Below are positions 9,717 through 20,482 of a DNA stretch of 64,000 nucleotides, piece after piece. Below the pieces are notes generated by a model, which did not search any database, had not been told where the DNA came from, and worked only from the letters and a program-made list of their open reading frames with translations. Made by a program: the position numbers and the translations under genes. The stretch spans positions 132,669-196,668 of the forward strand of contig CACCAS010000002.1 in assembly GCA_902544065.1 (NCBI GenBank), in the 5' to 3' direction. The DNA is from an uncultured Pelagibacteraceae bacterium (GTDB taxonomy: Bacteria > Pseudomonadota > Alphaproteobacteria > Pelagibacterales > AG-422-B15). Numbering within the stretch: the stretch's first letter is position 1; every line of letters begins with the position of its first letter.

Positions 9717-11317
9717 TTGGCAATAGGTCCTGAAGCTCTAATATTCTCTTCTACGTCAGACTCAAACTTAGTAAAATTACTAATAAACATTTGCACTAGT
9801 TTCTTGGCCTGCGCATCATAATTAGATTCACTTTGCCATGTTTTTTTGGGATCTAATATTCGTTCATTTATTCCATGAACTTCAACTGGAACTGAGAAGC
9901 CAAAATTTGGATCTTTTCTCATTTTAGAATTAGCTAGTTCGCCTGAGAGGGCAGCATTAAGTAATGCTCTTGTATTTTTAATTGATATTCTTTTGCCAAC
10001 TCCATAAACACCACCAGACCAACCCGTATTTACAAGCCAACAATCAACCTTATGATCTGATATCTTTTTCTTAAGCAAATTTCCGTACACGATCGGATTT
10101 CTTGGCATAAATGGTGCACCGAAACATGTTGAAAATGTTGCCTGAGGCTCGTTTGAAAGGCCAATTTCAGTGCCTGCAACTTTTGCTGTATAGCCTGATA
10201 GAAAATGATACATCGCCTGATCTGCAGAAAGTTTAGCGATAGGAGGCAATACACCAAATGCATCAGCAGTCAGCATAATTATATTTTTTGGGTGACCTGT
10301 TTTTCCAGATGCGGTAACTCCTGGAATGTAGTCCAAAGGATAGGCTCCTCTCGTATTTTCTGTCAAAGTATTGTCATCTAGATCTAATGTTCCGTCATCT
10401 TTCATGACAGCGTTTTCAATAACTGTGCCTTTCATTTGAGTAGTAGCATAAATTTCTGGCTCCGCTTCTTTAGATAATCTTATAAGTTTTGCGTAGCATC
10501 CGCCTTCAAAATTAAAAAGCCCGTCATCTGACCATCCATGCTCATCATCTCCAAGGAGTGATCTCTTAGGATCTGCACTTAATGTAGTTTTACCAGTACC
10601 AGATAGACCAAAGAAGATTGCAGCGTCACCATTTTTGCCAGTATTAACAGAACAATGCATTGGCATAACATTTTTTTCAGGAAGCAAAAAATTCAAAAGA
10701 GTAAATACAGATTTTTTTGTTTCACCTGCGTACTCAGTACCAGCTATTAAAATTAATTTTTCTGCAAGATTAATAGCTATAACAGTTTCACTATTCGTAC
10801 CATGAATGACTGGATCCATTTTCAAACTTGGAAAGTTCACAATAGTATACTCTGGATTAAAATGCTTAAGTTCATCAGTACTTGGTCTTACAAGCAAATG
10901 TCTAGCAAATAATCCATGCCAGGCGTATTCTGTTATTATTGAAACATTTAATGAATGATTACGATCGGCTCCACCCATTAAGTTATGTAAATATAATGAT
11001 TTATCTTTTGAGAAATCTATAAATGTATTTGCAATTTTTGTATAATATTCTTCTGAGATAGGTACATTTGTTTCACCCCAATGGATTTTTTGATCATTTA
11101 TATTTTCTTTAACAAAAAATTTATCATTAGCTGACCTACCTGTATGTTTACCTGTTTTAACAACTAAAGCTCCATGCGATGATAGTTTGCCTTCGCCAGA
11201 CGTATGTGCAATCTCATATAGTTCTTCAGAATTAAGGTTACTTTTAATTGAAGAAGCGTTTTGTATAATGCTATTTTTTACTGAATTTTGCATACTTCGA
11301 GGATGTGATAAAAACAT
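9713..11317 (-). CDS. pckA: Phosphoenolpyruvate carboxykinase (ATP)
   Basis: [41 protein letters not shown]; start may be ATG 11293. Confidence 0.97.
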   Translation of the reverse strand: MFLSHPRSMQNSVKNSIIQNASSIKSNLNSEELYEIAHTSGEGKLSSHGALVVKTGKHTGRSANDKFFVKENINDQKIHWGETNVPISEEYYTKIANTFIDFSKDKSLYLHNLMGGADRNHSLNVSIITEYAWHGLFARHLLVRPSTDELKHFNPEYTIVNFPSLKMDPVIHGTNSETVIAINLAEKLILIAGTEYAGETKKSVFTLLNFLLPEKNVMPMHCSVNTGKNGDAAIFFGLSGTGKTTLSADPKRSLLGDDEHGWSDDGLFNFEGGCYAKLIRLSKEAEPEIYATTQMKGTVIENAVMKDDGTLDLDDNTLTENTRGAYPLDYIPGVTASGKTGHPKNIIMLTADAFGVLPPIAKLSADQAMYHFLSGYTAKVAGTEIGLSNEPQATFSTCFGAPFMPRNPIVYGNLLKKKISDHKVDCWLVNTGWSGGVYGVGKRISIKNTRALLNAALSGELANSKMRKDPNFGFSVPVEVHGINERILDPKKTWQSESNYDAQAKKLVQMFISNFTKFESDVEENIRASGPIAN

Positions 11318-11438
11318 ATAATAACATGCATGTTAAGTGCTAATATCAAAAAAAATGAAAAAAACTGTTAGTTAAATTATGCAATATTTATGCCATTTTA
11401 TGGACATATAATACTTTAAAATAAAATAAAAATTTAAA

Positions 11439-12137
11439 ATGAAACACCTTATTGCCCTTGTAGATGACGATCGAAATATTTTAATTTCACTCGAAGAGTT
11501 ACTTAAAAAAGAAGAATTTGAAATCCATACTTATAACGACGGCCAATCAGCGTTGATCGGCATGTCTAGGTATCCTCCAGAATTAGCAGTAATTGATATA
11601 AAAATGCCAAAAATGGATGGATACGAATTATTTAAAAAAATAAGAGAAAAAACTGAAATACCTGTGATCTTTCTGACATCTAAAGACCAAGAGGCTGATA
11701 GATTAAAAGGTTTAATGCATGGTGTTGATAGTTATGTTACAAAAAGTGGAAATTTTTCAAAAGAAATCTTAATTGAAACAATTAAAAATACACTCAACAG
11801 AAAAAATATAGAGAATGTAAATTCTGAAAAAAAACAAATTATTATACTGGGAAATCTGAGGCTTGACTGTTTGAGATACGAATGTGAGTGGAAGGAGAAA
11901 TCACTTTTAGAGCCTTTAACTACTACTGAATTTAAAATAATAAAAGAATTGGTTGAAAGACCAGGCATTGTCAAATCAAGAGATAGATTAATGGAGATTG
12001 CTTACAGGGATGAATTGGATGTTGATGATAGAACAATAGACAGTCATATAAAAAGGATTAGAAAAAAATTTAGAAAGATCGATCCTGAATTTAAATCCAT
12101 TAATACTTTATATGGATCAGGATATAAGTGGAAATAA
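11439..12137 (+). CDS. chvI: OmpR-family response regulator ChvI
   Basis: IALVDDDRNIL, DIKMPKMDG, DDRTIDSHIKRIRKKF; divergent from pckA as is typical of alphaproteobacteria. Confidence 0.9.
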   Translation: MKHLIALVDDDRNILISLEELLKKEEFEIHTYNDGQSALIGMSRYPPELAVIDIKMPKMDGYELFKKIREKTEIPVIFLTSKDQEADRLKGLMHGVDSYVTKSGNFSKEILIETIKNTLNRKNIENVNSEKKQIIILGNLRLDCLRYECEWKEKSLLEPLTTTEFKIIKELVERPGIVKSRDRLMEIAYRDELDVDDRTIDSHIKRIRKKFRKIDPEFKSINTLYGSGYKWK

Positions 12138-13683
12138 TACAGTATATAACTTGAACAGCCTATTTAGAAAATTTTTATTATATAATTTTGTTGGGTTACT
12201 AATTTTAATAGTTAGTACAATACTCATAATTATTTTCCTTAACAACTATCAACATAATAAAAGACTTAAACAAATCGATAATCAGTCGTTGATTATTTAT
12301 AACTTCTTAAAAAAATCAAATTTACTCAGGGACATTAAAACAGAACTAAATGCTGAGGCTATTCTCTCCAAGCTAGAAATCAAAAATCTTTCTATTATAA
12401 TCATGGATGAGAACATGAATATCTTGCTAGATACGAAAGGATATGACTTAGAAAACAGTTCTTTTATAAATCAGTCTGCAACAGAAGTAGAGATCATAGA
12501 CAAAAATAGTTCAATGGTTACTTTTAAATCAGATCAAAAAGAAAATTTAGCTAATAGAGATTTTTTAAATCACCCCAAATTCCTGACTAATTTCAAAAAT
12601 TTAGAAAAAGGAATTCAAAAAAACTTTTCGATTGAGTTGAACGATAATAAACTTGAATTGGTCTCAATATTTCCTATTAGTTATGATGACATTTACTACT
12701 ATATTGTTGCGCACGAAGATAATACCAACATTCAAAGTATTAATAATCAAATACAACTAAATGTATTACTAACAGGTTTAGCTATTGGAGGTTGCTTGAT
12801 ATTATTTTCATTTTTTTTAAACTTTATAATTCTCAAACCTATTAGAAACTTGGCAAATGCTGCGGAAAAAGTCCAAATGGACCATAAAACAAAACCTTTA
12901 ATTTCTGGATTAGACAGAAGGGATGATGAAATTGGCCAACTTTCTAAAATCATTAATGAAATGTTGAATAGTTTATATAATAAAATTGATAATGCTGAAA
13001 ATAATTCAGCTGATTTGATGCATGAAATCCGAAATCCCCTTGCTTCAATAAAAATGGCATCCGAGGTTATTACAGATGAAATGAGTGATGGTCAAAAAAA
13101 ATTTCTAAATCTTATTCAGAATGATATTTCAAGAATTGAAAGCATTATTACCGATTATTCAGTAATGATTAAAAATGAGGTAAATCTGTATAAAAATCAG
13201 CAGCAAAAATTTGAAATAAAATCTTTATTGCATGAGATTATTGAAGACACCCGAAAAGTATTGCCGGGTAAAATCCAAGTTAAGTTTTTATATGATCAAG
13301 ATAATCAAAAGGAAATTTTTGTTGATGGTCAGAAGAAGTTTATTTCTCAAGCTATTAAAAATATTATAGACAATGCAATTTCCTTTTCTCCAAAGCTTGG
13401 AATTATAAAAGTTACTTTATCATCAACAAGTAACTACTTGAGCATAGCAATTGTGGACGAGGGACCGGGCATTAAAGAGCCTGATATGAAAAGAATTTTT
13501 GAGCGTTTTTATTCTCTAAGAGAAGAAGATAATAAATCACATTCTGGACTTGGATTGAATATTGCCAAACAGATTGTTGATGCACATGAAGGCTCAATTT
13601 CTGTAGATAATATAATAGAGGAAAATGTTATTAAGGGAGCGAAGTTCATTGTCAACTTGCCCCAGGTAAATATTAATAAATAA
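12112..13683 (+). CDS. chvG: Sensor histidine kinase, ChvG-like
   Basis: Two TM segments, HAMP (RDDEIGQL), H-box HEIRNPL, NAISFSP, DEGPGI, SGLGL; follows chvI; start codon uncertain. Confidence 0.8.
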   Translation: MDQDISGNNTVYNLNSLFRKFLLYNFVGLLILIVSTILIIIFLNNYQHNKRLKQIDNQSLIIYNFLKKSNLLRDIKTELNAEAILSKLEIKNLSIIIMDENMNILLDTKGYDLENSSFINQSATEVEIIDKNSSMVTFKSDQKENLANRDFLNHPKFLTNFKNLEKGIQKNFSIELNDNKLELVSIFPISYDDIYYYIVAHEDNTNIQSINNQIQLNVLLTGLAIGGCLILFSFFLNFIILKPIRNLANAAEKVQMDHKTKPLISGLDRRDDEIGQLSKIINEMLNSLYNKIDNAENNSADLMHEIRNPLASIKMASEVITDEMSDGQKKFLNLIQNDISRIESIITDYSVMIKNEVNLYKNQQQKFEIKSLLHEIIEDTRKVLPGKIQVKFLYDQDNQKEIFVDGQKKFISQAIKNIIDNAISFSPKLGIIKVTLSSTSNYLSIAIVDEGPGIKEPDMKRIFERFYSLREEDNKSHSGLGLNIAKQIVDAHEGSISVDNIIEENVIKGAKFIVNLPQVNINK

Positions 13684-13729
13684 TCATATTGAATATTAAT
13701 CTTTTTAACCCTATATTCTCTATTTGATT

Positions 13730-15022
13730 ATGGCCAATAAAGATTTTAAAGTTGCAGATATAGAACAAGCCGAATTTGGTAGGAAAGAAATATCCTTAGC
13801 TGAGACAGAGATGCCAGGCCTTATGGCGCTAAGAGAAGAGTACAAAGGTCAGAAACCTCTAGATGGTGCAAGAATTGTCGGCTGTCTTCACATGACTATC
13901 CAAACCGCAGTCTTAATTGAAACTTTGGTAGAATTGGGGGCAGATGTAAGATGGTCATCCTGTAATATTTTTTCAACACAAGATCATGCTGCTGCTGCAA
14001 TAGCTAAAGCAGGCATTCCAGTTTTTGCTTGGAAAGGGGAAACAGAAGAGGAGTATTGGTGGTGTGTGCGACAAACTATTGAGGGAAAAGAAGGGTGGAA
14101 ACCTAATTTAATATTAGATGATGGTGGCGATCTTACAGGTCTTATGCATAGAGAATATAAGGAGCTACTTCATGATGTAAAAGGTTTATCTGAAGAAACT
14201 ACAACTGGGGTATTAGCGCTCAAAAAAATGGAAATTGATGGAACTCTTATGGTGCCGGCAATAAATGTAAATGACTCCGTAACTAAATCCAAGTTTGATA
14301 ATCTCTATGGATGTAGAGAGAGTTTAGTGGATGGAATTAAAAGAGCTACTGATGTGATGATGTCAGGAAAGGTTGCCATCGTCGCAGGGTTTGGAGATGT
14401 TGGAAAAGGAAGTGCAGCTTCTTTGCGTCAAAGTGGGGCAAGAGTAATGGTGACAGAAGCAGATCCTATATGTGCATTGCAAGCAGCAATGGAAGGTTAT
14501 GAGGTTGTTACAATGGATGATATGATAAAAGAAGCAGATATTGTCGTAACTGCTACAGGTAACAAAGATATTGTAACCGCTGATCATATGAGAGAAATGA
14601 AAGATAGAGCAATACTATGTAACATTGGTCACTTCGATAACGAAATTCAAGTTGAGGCGCTTAAAAACTATAAATGGGATGAAATTAAACCTCAGGTTCA
14701 TGAAATTACTCTTCCTAGCGAAAAGAGAATTATTTTACTAGCAGAAGGTAGGTTGGTTAACCTTGGCTGTGCAACTGGTCACCCTAGTTTTGTAATGAGT
14801 GCATCATTTACAAACCAGGTTACTGCTCAAATTGAGCTTTGGAACAATCCTGAAAAATATGAGAAAAAAGTTTACGTATTACCAAAACATCTAGATGAGA
14901 AGGTTGCAAGACTTCATTTGGAAAAAGTAGGTGCGAAACTCACAAAATTGTCTAAAGAACAAGCTGACTATATAAGTGTTACTCCTGAAGGGCCTTATAA
15001 ACCCGAAGCTTATAGATACTAA
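13730..15022 (+). CDS. ahcY: Adenosylhomocysteinase
   Basis: [49 protein letters not shown]; ATG 13730 preferred over TTG 13724. Confidence 0.98.
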   Translation: MANKDFKVADIEQAEFGRKEISLAETEMPGLMALREEYKGQKPLDGARIVGCLHMTIQTAVLIETLVELGADVRWSSCNIFSTQDHAAAAIAKAGIPVFAWKGETEEEYWWCVRQTIEGKEGWKPNLILDDGGDLTGLMHREYKELLHDVKGLSEETTTGVLALKKMEIDGTLMVPAINVNDSVTKSKFDNLYGCRESLVDGIKRATDVMMSGKVAIVAGFGDVGKGSAASLRQSGARVMVTEADPICALQAAMEGYEVVTMDDMIKEADIVVTATGNKDIVTADHMREMKDRAILCNIGHFDNEIQVEALKNYKWDEIKPQVHEITLPSEKRIILLAEGRLVNLGCATGHPSFVMSASFTNQVTAQIELWNNPEKYEKKVYVLPKHLDEKVARLHLEKVGAKLTKLSKEQADYISVTPEGPYKPEAYRY

Positions 15023-15049
15023 TTCATATTTTTAAGATATTATTTTCTC

Positions 15050-15493
15050 ATGCTTCTGAAGAATGAAGGTGATACTGAGAAACTCGCCAAAAGACTGGTT
15101 AAATTGTCTAAAAAAGACAATGCAGTTATCTGTTTGAATGGGGATTTAGGTTCAGGAAAAACTACATTTACAAGATATTTTATTAGAAATTTTTTTAAGA
15201 GTTTTGAAATTAGAGAAATTCCAAGTCCAACATTTACTTTATTGCAAGTTTATGAGCATGAAGGCAATATAATAAATCATTATGACTTTTATCGATTAAA
15301 AAATTCTACTGAACTTTTTGAACTTAATTTTGGTGAGGCAGTAACAGATGATGTCTGCTTAATTGAATGGTCAGATAAATTCGAAGAAATATTGCCAAAT
15401 GACCGTATCGAAATTAATTTTCAAATTAAAAGTAAGGTTTCAAGAAGTGTGCAAATCTCTTTAAGAGGCAAATTTAAAAATCAAAAATATTAG
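15050..15493 (+). CDS. tsaE: tRNA threonylcarbamoyladenosine biosynthesis ATPase
   Basis: GDLGSGKTT, SPTFTL, HYDFYRL, IEW. Confidence 0.93.
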   Translation: MLLKNEGDTEKLAKRLVKLSKKDNAVICLNGDLGSGKTTFTRYFIRNFFKSFEIREIPSPTFTLLQVYEHEGNIINHYDFYRLKNSTELFELNFGEAVTDDVCLIEWSDKFEEILPNDRIEINFQIKSKVSRSVQISLRGKFKNQKY

Positions 15494-16474
15494 ATGCATA
15501 ATCGAGATTTAAACCTTCACAGTTTTGTAATCAATTGTGGGTTTAAAGAAGAGGATATTATTTCTATAAAAAATGATGCTTCTTTTAGAAAATATTATCG
15601 TATCAAAAATAAAAATTTAATTGTTATGGATGCACCTCCTGAGAAAGGGGAGTCGGTTGAACAATTTAAAACTGTAGCTGACATAATTTATGATTTTAAT
15701 CTAAGTGCACCACAAATAATTTCGTTAGATACTAAACATGGATTTATGTTACTAGAAGATTTTGGGCAAACATCATTTTCAAAAATTCTTAACAAAGATA
15801 ATGAGAGTGAACTATACAAAAAAGCTATTGAAGTATTAATAGAAATAAATCGACTATCAAAAAGTAAAGAAAAACGACTTAGCAAATTAAAAAGCTATTC
15901 AAAAGATTTACTAGTAAATGAGTCATTGTTATTTATAGATTGGTACTTAGAAAAAAGAGAAGGTGAGTTGATTAGTATCAATCAAAAAAAAGAGTTCATT
16001 CAAATTTTGAGTGATAATTATAATAATATAAAACCACAATCATCGACTTTGGTGTTAAGAGACTACCACGTAGATAATTTATTTTATTTAAGCAATCAAA
16101 AATCATTAAAGCAGGTCGGTTTAATTGATTTCCAAGATGCGGTAATTGGATCACCCATATATGATTTAGTTTCCTTACTTGAGGATGTAAGAAGGCCGCT
16201 CGCTACAAATTTGCAAAATGAATTATTAGAATTTTATATAAAAGGTGTAAACATTAATGTTCAGAATTTTGAGCAAGAAATAAAGTTCTTTTCAATTCAG
16301 AGAAATTTAAAAATATTAGGAATTTTTTGCAGACTTGCTATAAGAGACAAAAAAGATAGTTATCTGAAGTATTTGCCAAATACAGTAAAACTTCTAAGAA
16401 AAAATTTACAAGATCCATTTTTTATTAATCTTGTAAATTGGCTAAAGCAATTTAAAAGTCATGAACTAATATGA
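15494..16474 (+). CDS. amgK: Aminoglycoside-phosphotransferase-family kinase (AmgK-like, peptidoglycan recycling)
   Basis: DASFRKYYR, MDAPP, LEDFG, RDYHVDNL, IDFQDA, YDLVSLLED; lies between tsaE and a nucleotidyltransferase. Confidence 0.82.
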   Translation: MHNRDLNLHSFVINCGFKEEDIISIKNDASFRKYYRIKNKNLIVMDAPPEKGESVEQFKTVADIIYDFNLSAPQIISLDTKHGFMLLEDFGQTSFSKILNKDNESELYKKAIEVLIEINRLSKSKEKRLSKLKSYSKDLLVNESLLFIDWYLEKREGELISINQKKEFIQILSDNYNNIKPQSSTLVLRDYHVDNLFYLSNQKSLKQVGLIDFQDAVIGSPIYDLVSLLEDVRRPLATNLQNELLEFYIKGVNINVQNFEQEIKFFSIQRNLKILGIFCRLAIRDKKDSYLKYLPNTVKLLRKNLQDPFFINLVNWLKQFKSHELI

Positions 16475-17166
16475 TTGATACTGCAATAATTTTAGCCGCA
16501 GGTCTTGGAAAAAGAATGAGAGATTTTGATCCTGTAATTCCTAAACCATTAATTAAGGTCAACAACAAGCCATTTATTCAATATGCAATCGATTTACTAA
16601 ATGAAATTAGAGCCAAAGAAATTATTATAAATGTTCACTATAAGTCAGATGAGATATTGAAATTTATAAAAAGCTTAAGCCAAAATAATATCATCGTCTC
16701 AGACGAGTCAGATTTACTTTTAGATACTGGAGGAGGCATTAAGAAAATATTTGATAAATATAATATTAATAAATCTCTGGTTTTAAATAGTGATGTTTTA
16801 TGGGGTGACACAGACAAAAAATTAATTGTAGATATGATAAATAATTATCCAGAAAAGGCCGAAGCATTTCTTGGTTTGGTACCCAAACGAAACCTGAAAT
16901 CGTTTAAAGGTAAGGGCGATTTTTGTAAATTAAAGAATAATGATTTAATAAGATATGATGAAAGTTCTGAGCCATATGTTTATATTGGCGCTCAAATTAT
17001 ATGTCAGAATGCATTTACTGGTATAGAAAAAGAGGTATTTTCAGTCAATGAAGCTTGGAACATATGTATTAGAAAAAAAACCCTTAAGGGATACCAATTT
17101 AATACAAATGCACTACATTTAGGAACAGCTAAATCTTTGAAAGAATATTTAAATGATGATAAATGA
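16471..17166 (+). CDS. murU: Nucleotidyltransferase (MurU-like)
   Basis: AIILAAGLGKRM, PKPL, NVHY, LLDTGGG; adjacent to amgK-like gene. Confidence 0.78.
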   Translation: MIDTAIILAAGLGKRMRDFDPVIPKPLIKVNNKPFIQYAIDLLNEIRAKEIIINVHYKSDEILKFIKSLSQNNIIVSDESDLLLDTGGGIKKIFDKYNINKSLVLNSDVLWGDTDKKLIVDMINNYPEKAEAFLGLVPKRNLKSFKGKGDFCKLKNNDLIRYDESSEPYVYIGAQIICQNAFTGIEKEVFSVNEAWNICIRKKTLKGYQFNTNALHLGTAKSLKEYLNDDK

Positions 17167-17758
17167 ATTATTTAAAACAACTATCTTAACAATTTTATTT
17201 TTTAATGTATTTAGTCTTAGTTTTGCTGAAGATGATCAAAATCTTGCAAGTTTCATCATAAGAAATTATGAAACTGCATCTCTGCCAACAGTTGGAAATA
17301 GTGAAGCAGATTATACAATTATAGAGTTTTTTGATTATAGATGTGGTTACTGTTCAAAGCAGGCTAATGATTTTCAAAAGCTATTGAATAACACAGATAA
17401 TGTTAAAATAATTTATATGGAATGGCCAATATTTGGAGATATATCTGATACAGCTGCTAAGATTGCCCTAATTGTTTGGCAAAGACATCCTAATTTGTAT
17501 TTTCAAATCCATAATCAATTTATGCAGCTTGGTTCAAAAATGAAAAAAGTAAGTCTAGTCGACATACTTAATAAAGTTGATCTAAATGGTGAAGAAATAT
17601 TTCAAGAGGCTGTCAGTCAAAAATCAAATGACATCATAGAAGCAAATATGAAATTAGCAAAGAGTCTGGGGCTTCGAGGGACACCTGCTTCGATTGTAAA
17701 TGATTCTATTTATCCTGGTTATCTTCAATATAAGACGTTAGAAACATTAATTAATTAA
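17153..17758 (+). CDS. DsbA/Com1-like thioredoxin-fold periplasmic protein
   Basis: Signal peptide, EFFDYRCGYC (CxxC), GTP cis-proline motif. Confidence 0.85.
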   Translation: MMINELFKTTILTILFFNVFSLSFAEDDQNLASFIIRNYETASLPTVGNSEADYTIIEFFDYRCGYCSKQANDFQKLLNNTDNVKIIYMEWPIFGDISDTAAKIALIVWQRHPNLYFQIHNQFMQLGSKMKKVSLVDILNKVDLNGEEIFQEAVSQKSNDIIEANMKLAKSLGLRGTPASIVNDSIYPGYLQYKTLETLIN

Positions 17759-17786
17759 TTATCAGATATATTGTTTTAAGAACACA

Positions 17787-17815
17787 CTTGAAAATATCCG
17801 TGAATATACTTATTC
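17787..17815 (+). promoter_or_regulatory. Candidate RpoH-type promoter of hspQ
   Basis: CTTGAA-N16-CTTATTC just upstream of hspQ, resembling the alphaproteobacterial sigma32 consensus. Confidence 0.4.
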
Positions 17816-17824
17816 TTTTCTTTA

Positions 17825-18151
17825 ATGATCAATAAAGCAAAATTTCAAATCGGCTCCATTGTAAAGCACAAGTATTTTGATTTTCGTGGTGTCATTTTTG
17901 ATGTCGATCCAGAATTTAATAATACTGAAGAATGGTATCAGTCAATACCTATGCAAGTTCGTCCAAGAAAAGATCAGCCTTTTTATCATTTACTCGCTGA
18001 AGCTCCAAGTCAACCATCTTACGTTGCATATGTTTCTCAACAAAATTTATTAGTTGATGAATCAGATGATCCTGTAACACATCCTTTATTAGATGAGATG
18101 TTTGAAGGTATCAAAAATGGAAAATATATTTCCAAAGCGAAGCATAACTAA
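17825..18151 (+). CDS. hspQ: Heat shock protein HspQ (YccV-like)
   Basis: AKFQIG..V.H, FRGVIFDVDPEF, PRKDQPFYHLLAE, AYVSQQNL. Confidence 0.92.
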   Translation: MINKAKFQIGSIVKHKYFDFRGVIFDVDPEFNNTEEWYQSIPMQVRPRKDQPFYHLLAEAPSQPSYVAYVSQQNLLVDESDDPVTHPLLDEMFEGIKNGKYISKAKHN

Positions 18152-18163
18152 AAGTATATCTAT

Positions 18164-18706
18164 ATGCGTGGGTCTTTAAAACAAGTATTTGAACTCGGCC
18201 CTTTGGTTGTCTTTTTTTACTTCTTTATTAAAACAGGTCAAATTCAAGAAGCTATTCTTCCTCTAATGATTGCTGCAGGCATTGCAATTGCTGGATCGTA
18301 CATTATTGAAAGAAAAGTATCTCCAATGTTATTATTCAGTACTATTTTGATTTTTGTTTTTGGAGGATTGACAATTTACTTTAATGATCCGTTCTTTATT
18401 AAGTTTAAAGTAACACTTGTGAATTTAATCTTTTCTTTGGCCTTATTTATAGGATTATATTTCAAAAAACCCTTATTAAAAAATCTTATGGGCTCAGCAA
18501 TAAATTTAACCGATTATGGTTGGATTAATTTGAGCAGAAGATGGGCGTACTTCTTTCTATTTTTAGCAGCTGCAAATGAAGTGGTTTATAGGAATTTTTC
18601 TGACGCTGTATGGGTAAATTTTAAGCTTTTTGGGATCATGGGACTTACTTTTATGTTTATATTTTCTCAAGTTTTTTTTATTCAAAAAAATATAGCTGAT
18701 AATTAG
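18164..18706 (+). CDS. yciB: Inner membrane protein YciB/IspZ
   Basis: ELGPLVVFF, FGGLTIYFND..FIKFK.T, WVNFKLFG. Confidence 0.9.
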   Translation: MRGSLKQVFELGPLVVFFYFFIKTGQIQEAILPLMIAAGIAIAGSYIIERKVSPMLLFSTILIFVFGGLTIYFNDPFFIKFKVTLVNLIFSLALFIGLYFKKPLLKNLMGSAINLTDYGWINLSRRWAYFFLFLAAANEVVYRNFSDAVWVNFKLFGIMGLTFMFIFSQVFFIQKNIADN

Positions 18707-19533
18707 TAGGGCTCATCGCCAAGTATTGCTACTCTATCCATAATTCTTTCATGGCCCATCCCCCTACCAGGAAAAAAATCAGCTATTGCATAATGAATTA
18801 CACTACGATTATCCCAAATTGCTACTGCATTTTCTGTCCACGAAAATCGACATGTAAAATCTAGAGTACTCTGATGTTCAAAAAGTTTGTTCAAAGTATA
18901 TGAACTTTCTTCTTTCGGCATATCTACAATTGTTTTTGTATACATCCAATTGACATATAAAATTTTCTTTCCAGTATCAGGATGTGTACGAACAATTGGA
19001 TGTTCATTGTAATATTCTTTAGGGTTATTTCCGTTACTTTCGAAATGTTTGAAATTTTCAATGAAAGAGTCTGCGCCTAGTGAATAATGTCTTGCCGACT
19101 TGTTTACAATTTTCTCTTTTATTGAGTCATGCAGTGTTTCCCAAGCCAACTCCATATTAGAAAATACTGTATCGCCACCTACAGGTGGTATTTTTATTGA
19201 CTTTAATATTACAGCTTTTGTTGGTCGAATATTAAAACTTACATCACTGTGCCATCCTTCCCCCCATTGATTCTTTTCATCGGCACCTTTAATCAGTCTC
19301 GTTATTTCAGGATAACCATCTCTTCCCTTAACATATGCGTGCTCCTCAATAGGACCAAAAAATTTTGCTAACCTTATTTGTTCCTCAGGTGTGATATTTT
19401 GATCTCTAAAAAAAATTACTTTATGTTCAAGTAATAATTCATTCACAGTGTTAAATATTTCTTTATTGATATCTTTTAACGATATACCAGAAATTTCTGC
19501 TCCTAACGCTCCTGAAAGAAGTTTAACATCCAT
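18703..19533 (-). CDS. TauD/TfdA-family Fe(II)/2-oxoglutarate dioxygenase
   Basis: GALGAEISG, WHSD (HxD), GGDT, HPIVRTHP.TG, WDNRSVIH. Confidence 0.9.
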   Translation of the reverse strand: MDVKLLSGALGAEISGISLKDINKEIFNTVNELLLEHKVIFFRDQNITPEEQIRLAKFFGPIEEHAYVKGRDGYPEITRLIKGADEKNQWGEGWHSDVSFNIRPTKAVILKSIKIPPVGGDTVFSNMELAWETLHDSIKEKIVNKSARHYSLGADSFIENFKHFESNGNNPKEYYNEHPIVRTHPDTGKKILYVNWMYTKTIVDMPKEESSYTLNKLFEHQSTLDFTCRFSWTENAVAIWDNRSVIHYAIADFFPGRGMGHERIMDRVAILGDEPY

Positions 19534-19563
19534 TCTAAAATGTACTTTTTTTAGAAAAAATTG

Positions 19564-20442
19564 TCATTGTTTATGTTTCTCAGCCTCAAGGAATTGATCA
19601 ATCAGTCTCCAGAGTACAAAAGAAAAGACAATTAACCCACCAAGAAGTTCAATATAAGGAGGCGTTTCGCCCACACCGATCCACGCCCAAAGTGGAGCCA
19701 GGACTGGTTCAAGAAGTACATAAAGTGCGGCTCTATGTGGGGGTATATATCTTGATCCAATTGTAATTAATAAAAATCCTAACCCTACTTGAAATGCACC
19801 CATAAAAAGAACTGTAAACAAGTCTTTTATACTAATTGAATAATCTGGAATGATAGCTAGACCGACAAATAATACAAAGAGACCTGAAAGAAAGACAGAA
19901 GGAACGTAATCGACGTCAGGCTTGCTATTAACCATTGTTAATTGAATAGCAAAACAAATTGGAACAAATAAAATAATTATATTTCCAAAATTATTAGTAG
20001 ATCCTAATCCCTGAGAGAACATTATAGTAATTCCAAACATTGATCCTGCAATTGCGATGGTAGTTTTAGTACTAATTATTTTTTTTAAAAAAAAATAACT
20101 TGCGAAGGCTGCAAATAAAGGACCCGTACTCATGATAAATACAGCGTTAGCAACGGTAGTATTGCTCATCCCAAAAACAAAAAAAATATTACTTAAACCT
20201 AGAACAAGCATTAGTATTATTCCTCTGCTTCCAATATTGATAAATGCTTTTAGGGACTGAGATTTATACTTAAATAAAATATAGATGAGTGCCACAAGTG
20301 AGAACGTGATTGATCGATAGGATGTTATCTGCATCGTTGATGCTTCATCAACAAGCCTTATTAGAAGCCCTCCAAAACTAAGAAAGAAACCTGCGGCCAA
20401 CAAGCATAAAGTTCCAAAAATTTCATTGTTGTATTTGATCAT
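19564..20442 (-). CDS. DMT/EamA-family transporter
   Basis: About 10 TM segments in two repeats; LLEPVLAPLWAW..GE.P. Confidence 0.85.
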   Translation of the reverse strand: MIKYNNEIFGTLCLLAAGFFLSFGGLLIRLVDEASTMQITSYRSITFSLVALIYILFKYKSQSLKAFINIGSRGIILMLVLGLSNIFFVFGMSNTTVANAVFIMSTGPLFAAFASYFFLKKIISTKTTIAIAGSMFGITIMFSQGLGSTNNFGNIIILFVPICFAIQLTMVNSKPDVDYVPSVFLSGLFVLFVGLAIIPDYSISIKDLFTVLFMGAFQVGLGFLLITIGSRYIPPHRAALYVLLEPVLAPLWAWIGVGETPPYIELLGGLIVFSFVLWRLIDQFLEAEKHKQ

Positions 20443-20482
20443 ATTTTAGTTCAAGATTAATTGTACCAAACAAATTCATTTA

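Noticed and set aside
13684-13729. SAH/SAM riboswitch upstream of ahcY
   Set aside because: The intergenic region is only 46 bp, is filled by a promoter and shows no structure.
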